Both the position numbers and the translations under genes were made by a program. Positions 57,462 through 64,000 of a DNA stretch of 64,000 bases are shown piece after piece. Each line of letters opens with the position of its first letter. Positions within the stretch are counted from its first letter, which is position 1. Source of the stretch: an uncultured Candidatus Saccharibacteria bacterium (GTDB lineage: Bacteria > Patescibacteriota > Minisyncoccia > Phycocordibacterales > GWA1-40-21); the NCBI GenBank assembly GCA_964613715.1, contig CAZTJK010000002.1, forward strand, positions 40,355 to 104,354, written 5' to 3'. A model generated the notes under the pieces. That model ran no database searches and was not told where the DNA came from. It saw only the letters and a list, made by a program, of their open reading frames with translations.

Positions 57462-58033
57462 AACGGTAGCGTGAACGTCATGGATGATGATTCCTTCGTA
57501 TCCCAGAGAGACGTATCTAGGCTGATCTCTTTCAATTCTTTTCCGTCGAGGTATTTGAGGCTCTTGTTTTTGAGGGCGTATTCATAGATGTCTTTGGTGA
57601 TGCGCACGTCCTCAATGCAGTAGTCGATGACTTTCTGCTTTTCGCCTTTCTTCCACCAGATGATGGCCTCGAGGCCATGGCCGGTCTTATTGCGGCCAAG
57701 CGTTGCTTCTGCAAGGGTATCGAGCTTGATGCGGCGGCCAAGCGTTTTTTTCACCTCTTTCATCAGGTCAAGGCTCTTGATGCGGGTCAGATCGCCCGGG
57801 TAATACTTGTTTAAAAGGGGAATATCGAAGTGATCGCTATTGAAGCCAATGAGCATATCCGCCTTTTCGAGTATCGGCCACAGATTTTTCAACGTTTCCT
57901 GGGTAAAGGAAAGGTACTTGTCAGTCTCATAGTCGTAAATGCAGATGACGGACAAGTCGAGCGCGGCAGAATCATTCGAGCCGACATCCTCGAATACATT
58001 GCTTGTCTCAATATCAAAAACGACCTTCTTCAT
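57458..58033 (-). CDS. RNase H-like (YprB-type DEDD) exonuclease-domain protein
   Basis: VFDIET, IGFN..FDIP, LD..A..TLG..K and YC..DV. Confidence 0.85.
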   Translation of the reverse strand: MKKVVFDIETSNVFEDVGSNDSAALDLSVICIYDYETDKYLSFTQETLKNLWPILEKADMLIGFNSDHFDIPLLNKYYPGDLTRIKSLDLMKEVKKTLGRRIKLDTLAEATLGRNKTGHGLEAIIWWKKGEKQKVIDYCIEDVRITKDIYEYALKNKSLKYLDGKELKEISLDTSLWDTKESSSMTFTLPF

Positions 58034-58034
58034 G

Positions 58035-59129
58035 CTATTTCAGGAGTTTTGCGACAGTGTCTAGAGTTGCAACGGTTTCGGTACCAGCCGCAAGATTCTT
58101 CAGCTTGAATGAGCTATTTTTTACTTCATCAGCACCGATAACTGCAATGTACGGAATCTTGTTCTTGTCGGCATATTTGATCTGATCACCTACTTTCTTG
58201 CCGCTATAGTCTACGGCGACATTTACTCCAGCCGCGCGGATTTTCTCGGCAAGCTGCTGTGCATAGGCGATTTCGTTTTCAGACATCGGGCAGAGATAGA
58301 GCTTTGTAGTAGATGGCAGAGCAGGGAGCAGGTTATACGTCTCAAGCATATTCCGAATGCCGACATCTCCCATGCCAATGCCGGTTGCCGGCACTTTTTC
58401 CTCGCCGAATATGTCGAGGAGATTGTCATAGCGTCCGCCGCCAAAAATCGCGCGTGGATTGGCAATACCGGTATCATAAATCTCGAAGACGATGCCGGTA
58501 TAGTAATCCATGCCGCGAGCAATTTCAGCGTCAAAACGGGTATTCTCGATGCCAATTTCCTTCAATTTTTTCATAAGAAGCTCGGCATCCTTTTGAGCAG
58601 CATTTGCGCCGACATTCAAACGTATCTCGAATTGATAATCTTTCAGACCAAAATTCTTCATAATTCCATAGGCGAGCATGACGATTTCCATATCAGCTTC
58701 CATGCTGTCCACGCCGAAAATATCGGCATTGAATTGGAAAAATTCGCGCAGGCGGCCGCGCTGCGGCTTCTCGTAGCGGAAGAGATTCGGGATCGAGTAC
58801 CAGCGGATGGGGAATTTGAGCTCCTTGCGCTTGGCAGCGATCATGCGTGCCGCGGTCGGCGTCATCTCGGGCCGCAAGGTTACCTCGCGCTCGCCGCGAT
58901 CGGTAAAGGTATAGGTCTGCTCATTCACAAGCTCGCTGCCGGATTTCGCCTTGTAAAGCTCGGTCGGTTCGAGGACGGAAGCGGCATATTCGGAGTAGCC
59001 GAAAGATTCAGCCGTCTTCTTCCAGACGCTGAAAATATAGTTCTCTATGGCCATATCTTCAGGATAAAAATCCCGTACGCCTTTGTACGGTTCTGTCGAT
59101 ATGCTTTGCTTTTTTTCGGCGTTTGCCAT
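58035..59129 (-). CDS. hisS: Histidine--tRNA ligase (compact)
   Basis: KGVRDF, LRPEMT, FRYEKPQRGRLREF.Q, RGMDYYTG and GGGRYD. Confidence 0.95.
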   Translation of the reverse strand: MANAEKKQSISTEPYKGVRDFYPEDMAIENYIFSVWKKTAESFGYSEYAASVLEPTELYKAKSGSELVNEQTYTFTDRGEREVTLRPEMTPTAARMIAAKRKELKFPIRWYSIPNLFRYEKPQRGRLREFFQFNADIFGVDSMEADMEIVMLAYGIMKNFGLKDYQFEIRLNVGANAAQKDAELLMKKLKEIGIENTRFDAEIARGMDYYTGIVFEIYDTGIANPRAIFGGGRYDNLLDIFGEEKVPATGIGMGDVGIRNMLETYNLLPALPSTTKLYLCPMSENEIAYAQQLAEKIRAAGVNVAVDYSGKKVGDQIKYADKNKIPYIAVIGADEVKNSSFKLKNLAAGTETVATLDTVAKLLK

Positions 59130-59160
59130 GAGGGCTATTCTAGCAAAAGAAGGCCCTAAA

Positions 59161-59195
59161 ACAAAGGCGGCGGTCCGCATGCGGACCGCCGCCTT
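59161..59195 (-). terminator. GC-rich palindromic terminator (repeat family, divergent copy 3)
   Basis: ACAAAGGCGGCGGTCCGCATGCGGACCGCCGCCTT downstream of typA. Confidence 0.75.
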
Positions 59196-59204
59196 ATCTC
59201 TTAT

Positions 59205-60989
59205 TTATTTCCCCCTATTCTTATCGCGCAGTGTCTTCGTCAGATATTTCTTGCGCAGGCGGACGGATTTCGGCGTGATCTCGAGATATTCGTCATTGCC
59301 CATGATCTCGAGGCCTTTCTCGATATCGAGCTTCATTGGGGGCACGAGATAAAGCGCTTCGTCACTTGAAGAGGCGCGGACGTTCGTGAGGTTCTTGTTC
59401 TTGATCGGGTTCACCTCGAGGTCTTCGCCGTTGAGCACATGGCCAATGACCATGCCTTCATATACTTCGACTGCTGCGTCGATATAGAGCACGCCGCGCT
59501 CTTGGAGGTTCCAGAGCGAGTATGCCATAGCCTTGCCGGTCATCATGGAAGTCATCGCGCCGAATTCCTGCTTCTGGATCTCGCCAGCATACGGCTGGAA
59601 GCCGGTGAAGCGGGAAGCGAGGATGCCGAGGCCTTTGGTATCCACCATGAAAGCGCCGCGATAGCCGAGGAGGCCGCGGGTCGGGACTTCGAATATCATG
59701 CGGACCTGGTTGTCCTTGATCTTCATATCGCGCATGATGCCCTTGCGCTTGCCGAGCTTCTCGATGACGGTGCCCTGGAACTCTTCCGGCACATCTACCG
59801 TCACTTCCTCATACGGCTCGGACTCGACGCCGTCTATCATCTTCACGATAGCCTGCGGCTGGGAGACCTGGAGCTCAAAGCCTTCGCGGCGCATATTTTC
59901 GATGAGGATAGCGATATGAAGCTCGCCGCGGCCGTAGACGGTCATCGGGTCGGTATTGAAATCAACTTTGAGGCCGACGTTCACTTCGAGCTCTTTCTCG
60001 AGGCGCTCGCGGATTTGGCGGCCGGTGACGAATTTTCCTTCCTTGCCGGCGAATGGAGAGTCGTTGACCAGAAAATTCATGGAAATGGTCGGCTCATCGA
60101 TATTGATAGACGGCAGCGCCACCTGGTCAGCATTCACGCAGACCGTTTCGCCGATATAGGCGTCCGCGATGCCCGCGATCATCACGATATCGCCCGCGAA
60201 CGCTTCCGCGACGGCGTCTTTCTGGATGCCTTTAAAGGTATAGAGCTTCGTGATGCGGGCGCTGCGCGACTCGCCAGATGATTTCTTTACGACAATGGTC
60301 TGTCCATCTTTGACGCTGCCGGTGTAGATACGGGCGATGCCGAGGCGGCCGAGGAAATTGTCATAGGCAAGATTGAAGATCTGCGCGGTAAAGGTGGCGG
60401 CGAGATTTTCCGGCGTGGAGGCGGATGGCACTTTCTCGAGGATCATGTCGAGGAGTGGGGTGAGATCTTTCTGCTCATCTGTAAGGGCGCGCATGGCCAC
60501 GCCTTTTCTGCCGATGGCATAGACCACCGGGAAATCGAGCTGGGCATCGTTTGCGCCGAGCTCGAGAAAGAGCTCGAGCACTTCTTCATGCACTTCGGCA
60601 GCGCGGGAGGCAGGCTTGTCGATCTTATTGATGACGACGATAGGTTTGAGGCCGAGCTCGAGCGACTTCTTCAAAACGAAGCGCGTCTGCGGCATCGGGC
60701 CTTCCTGGGCATCGACGACAAGAAGCACCGTATCGATGGAGCGGAGCACGCGCTCGACTTCGGAGCCGAAATCGGCGTGGCCCGGCGTGTCCACGATATT
60801 GATCTTCGTGTCCTTATAGAAGATCGAGGTGTTCTTGGCATAAATGGTAATGCCGCGCTCCTGCTCGAGCTTGTTCGAGTCCATGGACACGCCATCGACG
60901 ACCATACCGGTCTGCTTGAGGATGGCGTCGGTAAGGGTAGTCTTGCCGTGGTCGACGTGCGCGATGATGGCGATATTGCGGATTTCCAT
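59205..60989 (-). CDS. typA: Translational GTPase TypA/BipA
   Basis: [34 protein letters not shown] and [12 protein letters not shown]. Confidence 0.97.
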   Translation of the reverse strand: MEIRNIAIIAHVDHGKTTLTDAILKQTGMVVDGVSMDSNKLEQERGITIYAKNTSIFYKDTKINIVDTPGHADFGSEVERVLRSIDTVLLVVDAQEGPMPQTRFVLKKSLELGLKPIVVINKIDKPASRAAEVHEEVLELFLELGANDAQLDFPVVYAIGRKGVAMRALTDEQKDLTPLLDMILEKVPSASTPENLAATFTAQIFNLAYDNFLGRLGIARIYTGSVKDGQTIVVKKSSGESRSARITKLYTFKGIQKDAVAEAFAGDIVMIAGIADAYIGETVCVNADQVALPSINIDEPTISMNFLVNDSPFAGKEGKFVTGRQIRERLEKELEVNVGLKVDFNTDPMTVYGRGELHIAILIENMRREGFELQVSQPQAIVKMIDGVESEPYEEVTVDVPEEFQGTVIEKLGKRKGIMRDMKIKDNQVRMIFEVPTRGLLGYRGAFMVDTKGLGILASRFTGFQPYAGEIQKQEFGAMTSMMTGKAMAYSLWNLQERGVLYIDAAVEVYEGMVIGHVLNGEDLEVNPIKNKNLTNVRASSSDEALYLVPPMKLDIEKGLEIMGNDEYLEITPKSVRLRKKYLTKTLRDKNRGK

Positions 60990-61117
60990 TTTCGTTCAAA
61001 AATTAAAAGCGCCGAGGCGCGATTGGGCCTTTATTGAACCAAATTCTTATCCGAAAGTCAAATCAGTGGATAGGCTTCTTTCCATCAACCAGTATTTCCT
61101 GGTATAATTTCGATCAA

Positions 61118-63511
61118 ATGAGTTCCGAGATAGAGCGAATAAAGAAATACGTCCGCGCGACAAATTATTTGTCAGTGGGCCAGATCTACCTCGAAAGCAA
61201 TTTTCTCCTGAAGGATAAGCTTACCTTCGACCATATCAAAACCCGCCTCCTCGGTCATTGGGGCACCTGCCCAGGCATCAATTTCACTTATGCCTGCCTC
61301 AACAATCTCATCGTGAAGACCGGGGCAAACATGATGTTCGTCCTTGGTCCGGGCCATGGCTTTCCGGCGATACAGGCAAATGTTTTTCTCGAAGGCACGC
61401 TTGGCAAGTATTACAAGGACGCTACGAAAGACGAGGCCGGCGTGAGCTATATCATGAAGAATTTCTCCTGGCCGTACGGCTTTCCGTCGCACTCATCGCC
61501 GGCAACCCCAGGCGTCATCCTTGAAGGCGGCGAACTCGGCTATTCGCTTTCTACCTCATATGGCGCAGTGCTTGATAATCCTGATCTCATCGTGGCGTGT
61601 CTTGTCGGCGATGGCGAGGCGGAAACAGCAAGCGCCTCTGCGGCATGGCATCTCTCGAAATTCATTGATCCGGCAAAAAATGGCGCCGTGCTCCCGATAC
61701 TGCACTTGAACGGCTACAAGATTTCTGGTCCGACTGTATTCGGCCGCATGACAAACAAGGATCTGAAAGCGCTCTTTTACGGCTATGGCTACGAGCCGAT
61801 CATTGTCGAAGGAAACGATGACGGCGTCTACAAGCAAATGGTCAAGGCGCTCGATGCATCCTATGCTCGTATCAGGAAGATTCAGACGAAAGCCAGGAAG
61901 AATCCAACGAAGAAACTCAACGAATATTTCCGCTTTCCGATGATCGTACTCCGCACGCCAAAAGGTTGGACTGGTATCAAGTATCTGAAAAGTTGGGCGC
62001 TTGAAGGCCGTGGTACGCCGTTTACCGCAAAGGTAGAAGGGAATTGCTTCTCGCATCAGGTGGTCGGCCGCGAGATGAAGACAGATGCAACGGAGCTTAC
62101 ACTTCTCGAACAATGGCTGAAGTCATACCGATTTGGCGAGCTGTTTAGCCCTGCGTCCGGCTTCATAAAAGAAATCCAGATGAATATCCCGCGCGAGGGC
62201 CTGCGCATGGGCGACAACCCGATCGCGCATGGCATCAAAAAAGGCGATACATCGCGCGACCTCATCTTGCCCGATATTGCTGAATTCCAGACGGCAATTC
62301 CGGCTCCGGGCGAAACCGCACTCGGTGCTATGCAACGCATCGGCGAATATTTCAGGGATATCGTCGCGCTGAATCGCGATCGCCGTAATTTCCGCGTTTT
62401 CAGTCCGGATGAGACATATTCGAATCGCTTGCATTATATGTTCGCTGCGACGCCGCGTGCTTTTGCCGGCAGGATCGAGCCATGGGATATCGACCTTGCT
62501 CGCGACGGCCGCGTGATCGAGATGCTCTCTGAAAACTCGATCCAGGGCCTTGCACAAGGCTATGCGCTTACCGGGCGTTTCGCCGTTTTTCCATCATACG
62601 AGTCATTCATCATGATCGTCGCAAGCATGGCCGAGCAATACAGCAAATTTATGAAGATCGCGAGAAAGACAGAATGGCGAGGGGATGTGCCATCCTTGAA
62701 TTATATTGTTACTTCGAGCGGCTGGCGCCAGGAGCATAACGGTTTCTCGCATCAGAATCCTGGCTTTATCGCTGATATCCTCCTGAAGAAGCATGATTTC
62801 ATCAATGTCTATTTTCCGGCCGATGCCAATAGTGCTGCACTTGTTGCTGAAAAGTGCCTGAAATCAAAGAATGAGATCAATGTTATCGTATCTGAAAAAA
62901 CACCCGAGCCGATATGGCTTTCTCCAGAAGCCGCGAAGCGCGAGCTTGAACAAGGAATTTCCATTTGGGATTTTGCAAGCGATGAAAATCCGGATATCAT
63001 CATTGCCGGCTGCGGCCAGTACTTGGTAAAAGAGGCTCTTGCCGCACTCATGCTCTTGAAGCAGGAAGCGCCGGAAATAAAGGTGCGCTTCGTGAATATC
63101 CTCGAGCTCTCGCCGAATACGATGAACCATTACAACAAACTCTCGCTTGAGGCATTCGAAAAATATTTCACTGCCGACAAGCCAGCGATATTCAATTTCC
63201 ATGGCTATCCGGAAACGCTCGAGCAGATACTCTTCTATTATGTAAATTCCCTCGAGCGCTTTTCAGTGCATGGATACATGGAATCCGGCTCGACGACTAC
63301 GCCGCTTGATCTGCATATCAGGAACAAGACCGACCGCTATAATCTTTTTATTGAAGCAGTAGAGAAAGTAGCTGCTCGGGGCGTGATATCAAAAGAAAAG
63401 ATGACCGAGCTCCGCGACAAGTATCTCGGAAAGATAAAAGCTCATAAGGAATATATCCTCGCGCATGGGGAAGATCCGGACGAGATCTTGCATTGGAAGT
63501 GGCAACGATAA
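61118..63511 (+). CDS. xfp: Phosphoketolase (xylulose-5-P/fructose-6-P)
   Basis: RLLGHWGT.PG, GPGHG, EGGELGY, TPP motif GDGEAET, LHLNGYKI, SPDET.SNRL, EMLSE and QEHNGFSHQ.PG. Confidence 0.96.
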   Translation: MSSEIERIKKYVRATNYLSVGQIYLESNFLLKDKLTFDHIKTRLLGHWGTCPGINFTYACLNNLIVKTGANMMFVLGPGHGFPAIQANVFLEGTLGKYYKDATKDEAGVSYIMKNFSWPYGFPSHSSPATPGVILEGGELGYSLSTSYGAVLDNPDLIVACLVGDGEAETASASAAWHLSKFIDPAKNGAVLPILHLNGYKISGPTVFGRMTNKDLKALFYGYGYEPIIVEGNDDGVYKQMVKALDASYARIRKIQTKARKNPTKKLNEYFRFPMIVLRTPKGWTGIKYLKSWALEGRGTPFTAKVEGNCFSHQVVGREMKTDATELTLLEQWLKSYRFGELFSPASGFIKEIQMNIPREGLRMGDNPIAHGIKKGDTSRDLILPDIAEFQTAIPAPGETALGAMQRIGEYFRDIVALNRDRRNFRVFSPDETYSNRLHYMFAATPRAFAGRIEPWDIDLARDGRVIEMLSENSIQGLAQGYALTGRFAVFPSYESFIMIVASMAEQYSKFMKIARKTEWRGDVPSLNYIVTSSGWRQEHNGFSHQNPGFIADILLKKHDFINVYFPADANSAALVAEKCLKSKNEINVIVSEKTPEPIWLSPEAAKRELEQGISIWDFASDENPDIIIAGCGQYLVKEALAALMLLKQEAPEIKVRFVNILELSPNTMNHYNKLSLEAFEKYFTADKPAIFNFHGYPETLEQILFYYVNSLERFSVHGYMESGSTTTPLDLHIRNKTDRYNLFIEAVEKVAARGVISKEKMTELRDKYLGKIKAHKEYILAHGEDPDEILHWKWQR

Positions 63512-63533
63512 AGGGCACGGTATTCGTGCCCTT

Positions 63534-63725
63534 TTACTGTGATACAGCGAGACTCTTCTTTATCTCTTTGCCGGTCTGAAATCCTTGGCCATCAACTGCG
63601 AAAATCGCCTGATCGCCGAGAGGGCACGGACACGGATCGTATTCGCCATTGCTCAGTTTTCGGTAGATTCTGCCGGTGCCTCTGCATTTGCAGCGCTTGC
63701 TCAGAACCTTTTTCCGTTTCGCCAT
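63534..63725 (-). CDS. Orphan small Cys-rich basic protein (possible Zn finger)
   Basis: CKCRGTG...PCPC, AAAGGAGG SD, TTGACG-N18-TAGAAT promoter and shared terminator at 63511-63535. Confidence 0.6.
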   Translation of the reverse strand: MAKRKKVLSKRCKCRGTGRIYRKLSNGEYDPCPCPLGDQAIFAVDGQGFQTGKEIKKSLAVSQ

Positions 63726-63830
63726 AGATTCCTCCTTTCGGATAGCTTCTCATGTCATTCTACTGGCTAGAGGCAGCATCCGTCAATTATGCTTTCATCG
63801 GTAAATACGGTATACTATAGGGCAAAGATC

Positions 63831-64000
63831 ATGAAAAGGTATTTGGTCGTCAACACCGGCAGCGTTTCTGCGAAATATTCGATTTATTCGGAACTCGAGG
63901 AGCTTTTTTTCGGTCATTTCGAGATAGAAGCAGGGAAAAGTATCGTTTCTTTTTTTGATTCTGGCCGCAAAGGTAAAGAACGCATTGTACCCATATCTGA
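63831..64000 (+). CDS. ackA: Acetate kinase (5' part only)
   Basis: Manual translation MKRYLVVNTGSVSAKYSIY matches the acetate kinase N-terminal LVxNxGSSSxK motif; lies just after xfp. Confidence 0.72.
   Translation, partial: MKRYLVVNTGSVSAKYSIYSELEELFFGHFEIEAGKSIVSFFDSGRKGKERIVPIS

Noticed and set aside
1-64000. CRISPR array or cas genes
   Set aside because: No regularly spaced direct repeats and no Cas-like ORFs were seen.
1-64000. Alternative genetic code with TGA read as Gly
   Set aside because: Conserved genes are full length under code 11 and several end at TGA at the expected position (pth, mrdA, murF).

Overview
Core-genome segment of a small-genome bacterium. Gene content, a tandem VirB2-like pilin array, scarce Shine-Dalgarno (SD) sites and compact intergenic regions point to Patescibacteria/CPR, probably Parcubacteria (inference). 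TGA acts as a stop codon. Most of the window is housekeeping: lepB, pth, rpsA, gyrA, rnpB, murJ, rpmG, miaA, parB, rel, topA, dprA, serS, priA, murA, two mreB, frr, rseP, proS, mreC/mrdA, greA, lysS, the mraZ-rsmH-ftsL-ftsI-murF cluster, rmuC, leuS, mltG, hisS, typA, xfp, ackA and three tRNAs. The main novelty is at 45015-48729, where two homologous but diverged mini-elements without an integrase (2088 and 1620 bp) sit in tandem at the 3' end of tRNA-Glu(CTC). Each has conserved att-like arms around a GTGACCT core, a divergent pair of a small ORF and an XRE-HTH gene, and one unrelated AT-rich cargo gene in the same slot. A second pattern runs through the window: about 11 orphan single-gene units with a sigma70-type promoter, strong SD and own terminator, unlike the mostly SD-less, short-leader core genes. 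All calls come from reading the sequence; no database searches were run.
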